A DNA stretch of 64,000 nt from Macrostomum lignano (GCA_002269645.1 NIVC01000010.1:620001-684000); one strand, 5' to 3'. Shown: positions 1 through 50,653, numbered from the stretch's first letter. A program made the numbers and translations. The notes: generated from the sequence alone by a model not told the origin.

Positions 1-305
1 CTGCTGCCCGAATTTCGAAAGTCAGTCGGTGGGGTGGTGGTCGGGGGGGGGGAACGAGGGAAGATCTATGGGGTGTCCGGTTGCTTGGCCAAACGGCCAC
101 CGGCCTTGTTGCTGATTTTCTCGCTCTCCTAGTAGCGCGCATCTTCTGCTTGGCTGCAACATTAAAGTTCAGCTTAAATACCAGCTTTGGCTGAATTCCT
201 CTAGTTAGCAATTCTTCCCAGAAATTGTTGCTTTTGGGGAACTGGAGGTATGGCACTTTTTAATATAAGTACGTGTAAGCGCTTGAAACTAGTTATCAAA
301 TTTTT

Positions 306-540
306 TCTAGAGGCGGTACATCAAACACATCTAGAGGCGGTACATCAAACACATCTAGAGGCGGTACATCAAACACATCTAGAGGCGGTACATCAAACAC
401 ATCTAGAGGCGGTACATCAAACACATCTAGACGCGGTACATCAAAAACATCTAGAGGCGGTACATCAAACACATCTAGAGGCGGTACATCAAAAACATCT
501 AGAGGCGGTACATCAAACACATCTAGAGGCGGTAAATCAA
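306..540. repeat. 24-bp minisatellite, ~10 copies
   Basis: Unit TCTAGAGGCGGTACATCAAACACA. Confidence 0.95.
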
Positions 541-548
541 AGACTTAC

Positions 549-10737
<10,189 letters not shown>

Positions 10738-10965
10738 TACACAGAATGTTGATTGGTATTTGTTTGTTCGTTGAAGGTCCGGTAAGTCTATGATTTCAAA
10801 CTGTATGGAGGAATTCCGTGTCCAGCTCTCCTATTTATACAATATGCGATTCGAATCCCCGGGCGAGGAAATATGCCTCATTGGCTGACTGAAAAAGGCA
10901 GAGGTCCGCAAACTGCATTCCAATCTTCATTGTCCTTGGCTACCTTTCTCTTCCTGCCTTCCACT

Positions 10966-10996
<31 letters not shown>

Positions 10997-11671
10997 CCTA
11001 TCTTCTTCTGCCAGTTTGCTAACAAGATAACGTCTTTAGAAGCTGCCCGCTGCTATAGGCTTTAGGGCATCGGGTTCAGCAAGATATAGCAAGATAAATA
11101 TATATATATGTTAGCAACTGTATACTACTGCATGCAGCATACCATATAAGTAGTAGATGAAATTTTAGCCAAGGTACGGGCAGGGCATCAGGTTTTGGCA
11201 GCTGAAAGATTGAAGGATAGAGCTGGGAAAAGAAATCCCTATAGACCTCTTCTTATCCTTTGCTAAAGCTGTTTCCCATTTCTATATTGGTTTAATGCCA
11301 GGGACCTCTGATTGGCACCTGGACCGCAAAAGGAGCCGCCTCGATAGTAAGAGAAAGTTTCTCTTTATTTTATTGATTTTGTCACACACTGCAGCAGCGG
11401 CCGCCGCTGCCATAGAACTGCCCTCGGCCATAGACAATGTAATCAAGCTTATAGTAATTCAATTAAAAATCAACTCCAAGTCAAGGACGTCTTAATCACT
11501 CAGGACGGGAAACTCGCAAATCATGGTGAAAAGTATGCGGCTGTGTCCCTTCCCCGCCCCAGTAAAAGCTACTTACTGTATGGAGCTGTGGGGGGGGGGA
11601 CATGCCAATGCTTTGTTCCCTCCCAACCTCACTTTGTGACCCGTTATGGATATCAATAAATTTGCTTCAGG

Positions 11672-12416
11672 GCGCCAAAATGAGTGCCTGCGGCGCCAAA
11701 AGAGTGCCTGCGGCGCCAAAATGAGTGAATACCTACTGCACCAAAATGAGTGAATGCCTACTGCACCAAAATGAGTGAATACCTACTGCACCAAAATGAG
11801 TGAATACCTACTGCACCAAAATGAGTGAATACCTACTGCACCAAAATGAGTGAATACCTACTGCACCAAAATGAGTGAATGCCTACTGCACCAAAATTAG
11901 TGCCTGCGGCGCCAAAATGAGTGAATGCCTACTGCACCAAAATGAGTGAATGCCAACTGCACCAAAATGAGTGAATACCTACTGCACCAAAATGAGTGAA
12001 TGCCTACTGCACCAAAATGAGTGAATACCTACTGCACCAAAATGAGTGAATGCCTACTGCACCAAAATTAGTGCCTGCGGCGCCAAAATGAGTGAATGCC
12101 TACTGCACCAAAATGAGTGAATACCTACTGCACCAAAATGAGTGAATACCTACTGCACCAAAATGAGTGAATGCCTACTGCACCAAAATGAGTGAATGCC
12201 TACTGCACCAAAATGATTGAATACCTACTGCAGCAAAATGAGTGAATACCTACTGCACCAAAATGAGTGAATGCCTACTGCACCAAAATGAGTGAATGCC
12301 TACTGCACCAAAATGATTGAATACCTACTGCAGCAAAATGAGTGAATACCTACTGCACCAAAATGAGTGAATGCCTACTGCACCAAAATGAGTGAGTGCC
12401 TGCGGCGCCAAAATGA
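11672..12416. repeat. 25-bp minisatellite with 21-bp variant units
   Basis: Unit CCAAAATGAGTGAATACCTACTGCA. Confidence 0.95.
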
Positions 12417-13614
12417 GAGCTATATGTAACTACATGCAAAACAAAAATAATGTTTTATGCAGAATTGATGCAGAATTCTTGGCTTTGTCCCCCTACCATA
12501 AAATTTATGGCGACGCCTCTAATGAGGCTCGTTTAAAAGCATTGTCTATGGCCAAGCCTTATATAAACAAGGCTTAAGCCTTTTTGGGTTTCAATTTTAG
12601 CTGAAGAGAAGCTGAAGCTACGCGAGGGAATTTGCGCACAAAGCATTTAAGATGCCCGACCGAGAAGGCGACAGTTTTTCACTTTCAAACGATAAAAATG
12701 AGAGCGAGAAGTCGTGGCGTGTTGCGTTGCCAAATATTTTGATGGCTAGTTTTCGATTCTGTCTCACAATGATTAGCGAGTTTCCCGTCCCGAGTGATTT
12801 AGAAGTCCTTGCACCAAATTATAGAGTTCGTGTGGCAGGCAAAGAAACAGACTAATTAACAAAATTAATGCACTTAATTTCGTAGCCTCACAAAACCAAC
12901 AAGTTGATTGGTGAAATTATGCAGAGAATATCGGAAAGTTTTAGATGAGTTTGTCCTTGACCATAAACAAAAACTGTTATTATTCGAGAAGTCCATGGAT
13001 AGGTTTCAAATTAACTTCTAATAGTTATTTATCGTAAATATAATTTTGTTATTATGTGTTGCATTTTACTTTTGAAATTAGCCAATCCAGAGGTATCTAA
13101 ACGTCCCTGGCTTAGTCAAACTGAAATAGCGGGAGCGAATATCTAATAATATATTGCCATAGCCATAGGTGAAGAAAATCGCAGGGCCACAGAGAGAAGT
13201 TACAAAAGTCTACTTAGTTGGGTTCTTTGCTTTCCGCATGTAAGCTGTAGGCCTCTATAAAGCACGCGTGATTGATGGCATCGCTAAAACGCCATCGCAT
13301 GCAACTTTTCCGGAGAAAGGGCGGCCGAGTTTTTTTCGAATTTTCAGGCCCATTTGGCCAGGTAAGGCCTGTCCGTCTCTTATCTCTCATGGCTTAGCCG
13401 GGGCCTAATCTCTCTCTGCAGTCACTTCCGTGATTCCTTTGGCTTAGTCCAGATCTGCAGCGACAGGTATACATCTACTATTCACCTAAGCTACAGTAAG
13501 GTATAGATAATAATTAATATAATTGTTTATGTTTACGGTCAGTTTGTTATATAAGCAAAGCTCTTTTTCGCAAATTTGGCAAACGTGATTGTGTAAAGCA
13601 GATAAATCAAAGGC

Positions 13615-13742
13615 CGCTCATTAATTTGGGCAACTCGTGCCAAAATAACTGAGCAATCCCATAGGCACAGAGACTGCACATGCCTGACGATTAGAAAGTC
13701 AGGACCACGTACACCCCGTGTGAGCGTGTGCCTGCGTACCGA
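13615..13742 (+). mobile_element. Diverged fragment of SINE family 1
   Basis: aggcacagagactgcacatgcctgacgattagaaagtcaggacc..gtgtgagcgtgtgcctgcgtac aligns by eye to 45303-45405. Confidence 0.65.
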
Positions 13743-13778
13743 TTAAGAACAATAATAGTTGATTACACCTCCTGGTAA

Positions 13779-13920
13779 TTGCGTACGGCTGTTCAGTCGA
13801 AGGATTGGGGGGGCGGTCGCCACACACACCCTCAATTACGCTAGCTAACGCTGGCACTCTTTATACAGCTGGGCGAACTGAAGCAATACAGAGTTAAAGC
13901 GTCTTGCTAAAGGACGTGCA
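13779..13920 (-). mobile_element. SINE family 2 fragment (CORE-like central domain)
   Basis: Reverse complement matches 32815-32928 (ttgcttcagttcrcccagctgta..gagtgccagc..tgtgtgtggcgaccgccc..gactgaacagccgtacgc). Confidence 0.7.
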
Positions 13921-15042
13921 CGAACAGTTCAGTCGTGTGAGAGTTTCTGGATTAGTAGGCTACAAGATTCATGTAACTTATGAAATATTAGTAAGTTGGA
14001 TAACAGGATTACTAGCTAGACTAAGGTGCTGGGGGCTCTAATTTTGGGTGACAGATTAGAAAAAAACACATCTATATACTTTTTACTTACGTCCAGAAAT
14101 TTAATTAGTCTCTTAATGAGCAGACTTTAGACTTAAAAATGCGTTTTTGCTCAAATAAAATGACACTTCCGGTGTTTAATGTAGTGCATTTGTTTTTAAC
14201 AAAAAAACACAAGTTGCATGTAGTATATTAACAAAAAGTGAGCCATATAATTTTAACAAGCAAAAATACTAGAGTAAAAACGCAAACTTTAACGGGACCA
14301 AAACGTCATAGCAAAGATTAAAACAAACAATTTATTCAAATCAAAGCGAGCATAAGAGAATAAAATCGACTATCTGGTGGAAGTGCTACTTTTCTACAAT
14401 TTAAAAAAAAATAAAAATCTCGTGCGATGCTTTTCAATACTGCAAGTATTTTTTCTAAGAAAGGTGAGGCATTTGCCGGATTTTTTCGCCTTAATGATTC
14501 GGACAGAAAAAAGTGTATAAATTTTGAGGCGGATTTCTCTGATTACTTTTATTAGCTAAATGGTTAATCTGTTAATATGATTTATAAAGTCTAAATAGCT
14601 ACACGTTGTGATATGCTTTTGACATTGTTAAAACAAATTTTATAGTAGCTAAATATGCCCAGAGGAACATTAGGCAGAATCAAATATTTATATGACACGC
14701 GAAAACAGTTTAAAATATGATAATTGCAACACAATTGCTTATGGTGTTCTTTAGAAACCATTTGTTCAAATTAGGTTAAAAAAGAAAAAAGCATATTTAA
14801 TTCGTCGTTTTACTTACGGTGCTAAACAGGAAACAGTGAAATGCTTGAGAGAAAACACGTACAAAAACAAAAGAAGTCTTTTGACTTTCATCTGGTACAC
14901 ATGTGTACTTTCTCCACTAGTGACATACATGTACAAGAAATCAATTACAAGTAATTACTGGCTTCAAATGACCGCTTCTAATTCTAATTTCTATTTGGAT
15001 TCTAAACCCTTACCTACGTGTACATGCGTGTAAATCATTGGC

Positions 15043-16250
15043 AGTCACCCCATCCAATCCCAATGACGCAATCACCCCCATCCAATCCCAATGACGCAAT
15101 CGCCCCCATCCAATCCCAATGACGCAATCACCCCCATCCAATCCCAATGACGCAATCACCCCCATCCAATCCCAATGACGCAGTCACCCCCATCCAATCC
15201 CAATGACCAGTCACCCCCATCCAATCCCAATGATGCAGTCACCCCCACCCAATCCCAATGACGCAGTCACCCCATCCAATCCCAATGACGCAGTCACCCC
15301 ATCCAATCCCAATGATGCAGTCACCTCCATCCAATCCCAATGATGCAGTCCCCTCCATCCAATCCCAATGACGCAGTCACCCCATCCAATCCCAATGACG
15401 CAGTCACCCCATCCAATCCCAATGACGCAGTCACCCCATCCAATCCCAATGTCGCAGTCACCCCCATCCAATCCCAATGATGCAGTCACCTCCATCCAAT
15501 CCCAATGACGCAGTCACCCCATCCAATCCCAAATGATGCAGTCACCCCCATCCAATCTCAATGACGCAGTCACCTCATCCAATCTCAATGACCAGTCACC
15601 CCCATCCAATCCCAATGATGCAGTCACCCCCACCCAATCCCAATGACGCAGTCACCCCATCCAATCCCAATGACGCAGTCACCCCATCCAATCCCAATGA
15701 TGCAGTCACCTCCATCCAATCCCAATGATGCAGTCACCTCCATCCAATCCCAATGACGCAGTCACCCCATCCAATCCCAATGACGCAGTCACCCCATCCA
15801 ATCCCAATGATGCAGTCACCCCATCCAATCTCAATGTCGCAGTCACCCCCATCCAATCCCAATGACGCAGTCACCCCATCCAATCCCAATGTCGCAGTCA
15901 CCCCCATCCAATCCCAATGATGCAGTCACCTCCATCCAATCCCAATGACGCAGTCACCCCATCCAATCCCAAATGATGCAGTCACCCCCATCCAATCTCA
16001 ATGACGCAGTCACCTCATCCAATCTCAATGACGCAGTCACCCCCATCCAATCCCAATGACGCAGTCACCCCCATCCAATCCTAATGACGCAATCACCCCC
16101 ATCCAATCCCAATGACGCAATCACCCCCATCCAATCCCAATGACGCAGTCACCCCCATCCAATCCCAATGACGCAATCACCCCCATCCAATCCCAATGAC
16201 GCAATCACCCCCATCCAATCCCAATGACACAATCACCCCCATCCAATCCC
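15043..16250. repeat. 27-28-bp minisatellite directly after the STAC-like stop codon
   Basis: Unit CCCCATCCAATCCCAATGACGCAGTCA. Confidence 0.96.
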
Positions 16251-16256
16251 CAGCTG

Positions 16257-43174
<26,918 letters not shown>

Positions 43175-43326
43175 CTGCAACGAAAATTGTTGCTTTTTGT
43201 TGACAAAGTTCTCTTGAAATAGTTTATACGCTCTTCACATACTACTGAATAATTCTAACATTAAATGAGTAAACACACTGTACTCTTTCCCGGGTAAAGG
43301 ATCCCTGTCAAGTCGTGTACAATGGG

Positions 43327-43635
43327 AATCAGTCAGTCACCCACTCACTCAAGTCAGTCAGTCAGTCAGTCAGTCAGTCAGTCAGTCAGTCAGTCAGTCA
43401 GTCAGTCAGTCAGTCAGTCAGTCAGTCAGTCAGTCAGTCAGTCAGTCAGTCAGTCAGTCAGTCAGTCAGTCAGTCAGTCAGTCAGTCAGTCAGTCAGTCA
43501 GTCAGTCAGTCAGTCAGTCAGCCAGCCAGTCAGCCAGCCAGTCAGTTAGTCAGTCAGTCAGTCAGTCAGTCAGTCAGTCAGTCAGTCAGTCAGTCAGGCA
43601 GTCAGTCAGTCAGTCAGTCAGTCAGGCAGTCAGTC
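43327..43635. repeat. (GTCA)n microsatellite
   Basis: Direct reading. Confidence 0.95.
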
Positions 43636-44159
43636 AAAGGTACCTGCAGCTACAGCTATCAAAAGCGGAGACTACATATGCCTGGAACTGATAAAGCAAG
43701 CCTATATAAAATGACAGTGTATAAAGAAAAGCGCTGAGCGAGCAGAGGGCTTGAAGGAGAAGAGCTGGGAGAGAAGATGAGTAGGAACTACAGCCCCCAG
43801 GAAACTGCAACAGGCTGTTGACGGCAAATTACCTGGGAGGAGGGTTGAGGGCGAGCGAGGCACAGGAGGCAAAGCAAAAATAGCCGGGCGAGTGGAGTGC
43901 AGACCTGCAATTTAGTGGGGCCCATGCTTTTGCGTGACGGGAGCTCCCGCCACCGGGCAGCAGAACACCAGGCAGACTGCATAGTGCGCATCGTCTTTGG
44001 ATAAATATACAGGAAAATGTTGGAATACTTGAGTATTTTAAGATAATTAGCTAGCTAGTATCAGCGTAAACAACTCCATTTTTGGCTATGACTCCATATT
44101 GATACGACACTAATTAGTATTTTTAAAGCTGATTTTGGTTTATAGTAGCTATATGCAAC

Positions 44160-44755
44160 CACTGCGCTTAGCTAAAGTAAACACTATTGTGCTTAGCTAC
44201 AATAAAGCACTATTGCGCTTAGCTACAATAAAGCACTATTACGCTTAGCTACAATAAAGCACTATTACGCTTAGCTACAATAAAGCACTATTACGCTTAG
44301 CTACAATAAAGCACTATTACGCTTAGCTACAATAAAGCACTTTTACGTTTTTTTATTAGAGGCAGGGGTTGTGTGCACCCTGGCGCACTTTAAGCGACAT
44401 AGGCACACAACCGGCGAGAGGCATTACTGCCCATTCCGCCGACTCCCTTAAGCAGGCATACAAGCGCGCGGATACGTACGCAGGCACACACTCACACAGG
44501 AGTGTACAGCGGCCCTAACTTTATTTATCGTTAGGCATGTACACTTCACTGCGCCTTGGGGGTTGGCCCTCAAGGCCGCTAATTGCACGAGCAGAGCCAA
44601 GCCGAGATTCCAATTCAGCCCCAAATTAATGTGACTGCACTTGGAATCGAGCCTGGGTCGCTGGCACACCAGAGCAGCTGCGCTACCGCTGGGCTACGGC
44701 CCCCCTCACTATTACGCTTAGCTACAATAAAACACTACTGCGCTTAGCTACAATG
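44160..44755. repeat. 26-bp minisatellite split by a SINE
   Basis: Unit GCTTAGCTACAATAAAGCACTATTAC at 44160-44345, resuming at 44708-44755. Confidence 0.88.
44348..44704 (-). mobile_element. tRNA-derived SINE family 1, full-length copy A
   Basis: Reverse complement is close to 45156-45525 along its whole length; A-tail at 44348-44357; inserted into a 26-bp minisatellite. Confidence 0.88.
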
Positions 44756-44822
44756 CCAAAACTACAATTATTTGCTACAATATGACTTATACTCGGCAAC
44801 ATTGAAAAGTCGCCACTCTATG

Positions 44823-45065
44823 CACCAGTGAGCAATATTCCTCTTGGACTTTTCTGAACTAAAAGATACGAGAACACTGATCGGGGTAGCTTTAATCTGT
44901 CCAACCCTGGCACACCGCACCCCGCCCAACTTCATTCCTCGATCAACCCAAGTAGCTGAGTTGCGTCACTCGCAAAGATTCAGAGATTCTACCTGCACTC
45001 TCAATAGTGGCGACCACAGATGAAATCTTCTGTGATGGCAACTTTTCTATGTTGCTGAGTATACA
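44823..45065 (+). mobile_element. Dispersed repeat fragment related to the 61-62 kb element
   Basis: 44823-44915 matches 61131-61222; 44955-45065 matches 62064-62125 plus 62386-62430. Confidence 0.65.
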
Positions 45066-45155
45066 TCTTCTGAATGGACTAAAAGTACATAAGCTCTCAA
45101 TCTCGACCTCCAGTCCAAAGTAATATACACGTAATATCTCATTTCATTTCATTTC

Positions 45156-45525
45156 GGGGCCGTAGCCCAGCGGTCTAGCGCGGCGCTCTGGTGTGCCAGC
45201 GACCCAGGCTCGATTCCAAGTGCAGTCGCATTAATTTGGGGCTGAATTGGAATCTCGGCTTGGCTCTGCTCGTGCAATTAACGGCCTTGAGGGCCAACCC
45301 CCAAGGCACAGTGAGTGTACATGCCTAACGATAAATAAAGTTAGGGCCGCTGTACGCTCCTGTGTGAGTGTGTGCCTGTGCGTATGACTGCGTACGTATC
45401 CGTGCGCTTGTGTGCCTGCTCAGGGGAGTCGGCGTAATGGACAGTAATGCCTCTTGCCGGTTGTGTGCCTATGTCGCTTATAAAGTGCGCCAGGGTGCAC
45501 ACAGCCCCCCTGCCTCTAATAAAAA
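45156..45525 (+). mobile_element. tRNA-derived SINE family 1, full-length copy B with TSD
   Basis: A-box TAGCCCAGCGG 45163-45173, B-box GGCTCGATTCC 45207-45217, AATAAAAAA tail; direct repeat AATATCTCATTTC at 45133-45145 and 45526-45538. Confidence 0.9.
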
Positions 45526-45674
45526 AATATCTCATTTCAGAGCCCACTGCTGCTCGACTGTGATGAAGAGATGATGCTGTGTTTTCACTGCGTTTGACTG
45601 CGCTGTGCAGCTCCGACATTGAAGAAGAGATTTTAGATTGGTGTGAAATTTTTGGTGATACAATTGTAAAAGAC

Positions 45675-46428
45675 AGAGGCACAGATTGAGAGGCACAGGG
45701 TGATTGAGAGACACAGATTGAGAGGCACAGGGTGATTGAGAGACACAGATTGAGAGGCACAGGGTGATTGAGAGACACAGAGTGATCGAGAGGCACAGAG
45801 TGAGAGGCACAGAGTGAGAGGCACACAGTGAAAGGCACACAGTGAGAGGCACACAGTGAGAGGCACACAGTGAAAGGCACACAGTGAGAGGCACAGAGTG
45901 AGAGGCACACCGTGAGAGGCACACAGTGAGAGGTACACAGTGAGAGGCACAGAGTGAGAGGCACACAGTGAAAGGCACACAGTGAGAGGCACAGAGTGAG
46001 AGGCACACCGTGAGAAGCACACAGTAAGAGGCACACCGTGAGAGGCACACCGTGAGAGGCACACCGTGAGAGGTACACAGTGAGAGGCACAGAGTGAGAG
46101 GCACACCGTGAGAGGCACACAGTGAGAGGTACACAGTGAGAGGCACAGAGTGAGAGGCACACAGGGAGAGGCACACAGTGAGAGGTACACAGTGAGAGGC
46201 ACAGAGTGAGAGGCACACAGGGAGAGGCACACAGTGAGAGGTACACAGTGAGAGGCACACCGTGAGAGGCACACCGTGAGAGGTACACAGTGAGAGGCAC
46301 ACAGTGAGAGGCACAGAGTAAGAGGCACACAGTGAGAGGCACTCAGTGAGAGGCACACAGTGAGAGGCACACAGTGAGAGGCACACAGTGAGAGGCACAC
46401 AGTGAGAGGCAGAGTGAGAGGCACACAG
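45675..46428. repeat. 14-bp minisatellite
   Basis: Unit GTGAGAGGCACACA. Confidence 0.95.
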
Positions 46429-46899
46429 TGGGGTAGGCAGATAAAGTGGCTTGTCTGTGTGCTTAATAAGACGTCATAATTACAAGCTGTCAGTCACGCT
46501 TCTCATTACAGACGCATGCTGCAGTTGCATCTCGTAATACAGACTGGATGTCAGCTTGGAATCGTAATGAGTTTTATTTCCACAGGTTTCGGTGCAGCAG
46601 GCAGAATGCAGAACTCTCTCGCATATCGTATTTGGGAGACAAAATTGCTTGTACATGTACTCGCGATTTGCAATCTTTAGTGATCTTCGTTCTGCACTAT
46701 TAACTGTAGATCAAATCCCAGGAATGCTCGCGATTAATTATTTATGCCTAGGTGCATAAAGATCGTTATGACTATCCATTGCTGGATTAATCAGATTAGT
46801 AATTATGAGATTAAATAAATTCTATTATCACGCGCGAGTCGAAATTTTTGCTCTTTACTAAATAAAGTACATGTGAAGATACATGTATACACACTCACC

Positions 46900-47295
46900 G
46901 GCATCTCATAAATTTCACCGGTATCTCTATTTTGTCTCTCACCGGTGTCTCCTTGTGTCTCTCACCCAATATCTCTATTTTGTCTCTCACCGGTATCTCC
47001 CTGTCTTTCACCAGTATCGCTTTTTTGTCTCTCACCGGCATCTCTCCTGTCTCACCGGTATCTCCTTGTGTCTCTCATCGGTATCTCCTTATCTCTCTCA
47101 CCGGTGTCTCATTATCTCTCTCACCGGTATCTCCTTATGTCTCTCACCGGCATCTCATTATTTCTCTCACCGGTATCTCCTTATCTCTCTCACCTGTTCC
47201 TTTCATCTCTCAACCTCTCTCCGTGCCTCTCCCAGATCTACATGTACATACGTGCCTACCTCTCTCTAGCCCACTCTCTCACCGGTTTCTCCTTA
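46900..47295. repeat. Degenerate pyrimidine-rich ~22-bp minisatellite
   Basis: Core TCTCTCACCGGTATCTC. Confidence 0.85.
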
Positions 47296-48427
47296 CCCAG
47301 CTCTGATCCCCGTCTCCTTCACCCCTCAATTCTCAGCATTCTCCCCGGTGTCTTTACTATCTGGACTCTTAGCAGACTTATATCGATTCCTCATTTTAGA
47401 CTCGTCTTCCCTCTTCTTTCCTGCCCGACTCGGAGCTCCCAATTTTCTTATTAATTATCCCTCTCCCATTGCGTGCCGCCTGTTCCCAGTCGCTAGAGCA
47501 CAAAAAGTCCGTCGAAAAATCCAGCTTGAGATTGAAAAGCAGCTGGCCTGGCTGATCCAGCCTCTTCATCAAGTAATACTTTCACAGTCAGATATAACCC
47601 CGCCTCCAGTTTTTTCACTTAGAAAAAAAATTCGATTCCCCAGATATACAAGACCTACCTGATCGAATCGAGCACTCGCGCTGTCTTCTACTGTCTTAGG
47701 AAGTGTAATTAATTAATATAATCCAGTGGAATCTTGAATATTACCGCCGAAATTACCAAGCGAAGACAGCTCACAGAAGTATTAAGGGAGATTCTTCGGG
47801 ATTGCAGCTTGAGCAGCTGAGCAACAGGGAATAGGAGCTTGCACTCGGCGCTATTTAGTCTGAGAATCTTCTCCCTCAGCCCTTCCCTCCTTCATCCCTA
47901 CTCCCCTGCAGACTCTTCGCCCTCATTCTTCCTTCGCCTGTCTCCATCCCGCGCTTCCCCCTGGCCAATCTTGCTCCTTGCTCCAGTCTCCACCTTCAAA
48001 CCACTCCTCTGTGCCGAGTCGCCCGCTTCAAAAGAAACTGGAGAAAAAAAAGAGGGACTAGCAAGGCGAAATTATATGCAAAGCAAAAAAAGACTGACGA
48101 GCTGCTGCTGCTGAGTGACAGTAAAAAAACAGGGAGGCCTACAGAGAAGACAGACACAGTCGCGTGCTTAGGTCGATTTTTTCACTTAGCGAGAAATCGG
48201 GGAGCCAACCGCACCTGCACTATGTACACACACCTTGGACTTAATCTGTGTATCGAAATCCTCATGTAATCCACACTGCAATTAATACTTGGAATTTAAA
48301 CAAGCAGCTGTAATTTCTTATAATTTTTACGAGTGCCAGTAAGCATTTCCTGTACAGATGGTTTTGCCAAGATATTTTTTAACCTAAAAAGTGGCCGCTT
48401 TCTTCGCAGACACGCCGTGAAGTTCCC

Positions 48428-49295
48428 CCAGCAACTGAGGATCTTGAAGGCTGGCCCAGCAACTGAGGATCTGGGAGGCTGGCCTAGCAACTGAGGATCT
48501 TGAAGGCTGGCCCAGCAACTGAGGGTCTTGAAGGCTGGCCCAGCAACTGAGGATTTGGGAGGCTGGCCCAGCAACTGAGGATTTGGGAGGCTGGCCCAGC
48601 AACTAAGGATCTAGGAGGCTGGCCCAGCAACTGAGGATCTTGAAGGCTGGCCCAGCAACTGAGGATCTTGAAGGCTGGCCCAGCAACTGAGGATTTGGGA
48701 GGCTGGCCCAGCAACTGAGGATCTTGAAGGCTGGCCTAGCAACTGAGGATCTTGAAGGCTGGCCCAGCAACTGAGGATCTTGAAGGCTGGCCCAGCAACT
48801 GAGGATTTGGGAGGCTGGCACAGCAACTGAGGATTTGGGAGGCTGGCCCAGCAACTAAGGATCTAGGAGGCTGGCCCAGCAACTGAGGATCTTGAAGGCT
48901 GGCCCAGAAACTGAGGATCTTGAAGGCTGGCCCAGCAACTGAGGATTTGGGAGGCTGGCCCAGCAACTGAGGATCTTGAAGGCTGGCCCAGCAACTGAGG
49001 ATTTGGGAGGCTGGCACAGCAACTGAGGATTTGGGAGGCTGGCCCAGCAACTAAGGATCTAGGAGGCTGGCCCAGCAACTGAGGATCTTGAAGGCTGGCC
49101 CAGCAACTGAGGATTTGGGAGGCTGGCCCAGCAACTGAGGATCTTGAAGGCTGGCCCAGCAACTGAGGATTTGGGAGGCTGGCCCAGCAACTGAGGATCT
49201 TGAAGGCTGGCCTAGCAACTGAGGATCTTGAAGGCTGGCCCAGCAACTGAGGATCTTGAAGGCTGGCCTAGCAACTGAGGATCTGGGAGGCTGGC
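48428..49295. repeat. 28-bp intergenic minisatellite, ~31 copies
   Basis: Unit GGCTGGCCCAGCAACTGAGGATCTTGAA. Confidence 0.96.
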
Positions 49296-50653
49296 GGTGG
49301 CCCAAAAGAAGGGTATTGAACCTGTTTCTTTCCCAGAAAAAACAATAAACTAATAAATCAAAAGTGAATAAATCCATAAATCAGTATTAAAGTTGTTTTG
49401 GTTTTTAAACTGCAGCGAAAACAACCGACACAAACGAACACTAAACAGTAGGATTTGAATGCCTTTAATATACTTTCTTCAACAAGCAAACTGACCCATT
49501 GAAACACGAACAAAACGCCAAATTAGACGAATAAAGGAGAAAAAACGCATTTAAAATTCGGGAGGGGGGAGGGGGGCTGCCGCACTGCACAAAAAAAACA
49601 ATTTTGAAAAAATCGCAACACAAAGAGAAGAAAAGAATAAAATTACCGACGCGAACGGAGAGGCTAAAATCGAAGTCAAGCATCGAGAGAAGGGAAGCCT
49701 TCTTGCAAGAGCGCGGATCGCACAGTTGAAAAATGAAATAAGTTAAGACTGTTTTTTTATTTAAAAAAGTCATTAAAACCGCATAATAAAAGCACAGACC
49801 CGAAACCGGAGATAGTACTGCAAGTAACAAGAATCGGATATGAAGGCCTACCTGGATAGTGTTGGAAACGCAGAAAAATGTCCAGATTAAATGAAATAAA
49901 TGATTACAAAAATAAAATTTTGCATCAATAATGCGGCACGAACGCGGAGTTAATAAGTAGTCAAACTTAGTAGTAAAACAACAATTTAAAAAGTATAATT
50001 TTCGGCGAAATTGTATCAGCATTCAAAAGTCACATACACGCGGTAGCAAATAAACAACAATGAAAATATTTATTTTAGAATTATTATTTAGATTTTGTTA
50101 GTCTCAAAACTTTTGTACAAATTTAGCTAGATGATAATCATAACGGAAGCCGGCCAGCAACGCAGGGGGGGGGGGCAATAATAAACACAGATGATAATCA
50201 ACAGTTGAAAAATAAATTAAAATGTAAAATTTTCAAAATTCTCGCTACTACTACTACTACCAGACAGGTTTTCTCGTTACTCAGTAGTGTATGGCGAATA
50301 TAGTTAGCATTTTTTCAGACAGATTTTTCTAATCAAAATAGTGGCGATACAACATAATATAATGGCTTATAGGGAGTCATTTCAGATGGCTAAAGTCAGT
50401 AAATAAATAGTATTGGATAAAATTATTCAAGCCAGACGCAGACTGGGGGTAAACAGCGCTAGCAATAAATAGGGTGCAAATCGCCCAGTTGAAAGTGTTG
50501 CAACTAGGAACTGCAACAACAGCAACAACACACCGAGAAAAAAGGAAACAACAAAAAAGCAGTCAGACTTTGAAAAATTGCCAAAATAAATTTACGCTTA
50601 GATGCACAACTTATCCAAGAAACATCCGGTAGTAAAACGCTTAATCCGATACT

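Noticed and set aside
1-200. Next RhoGEF exon after 549
   Set aside because: Two minus-strand frames are open, but the obvious acceptors give a stop in the required phase 2; it cannot be resolved at the window edge.
43906-47600. Possible upstream exons of the F-BAR gene (MRTMQSAW..KLQ at 43.9 kb; MKRLDQPGQLLFNLKLDF at 47.5 kb)
   Set aside because: Weak or absent donors and no homology that I can verify; left unannotated.
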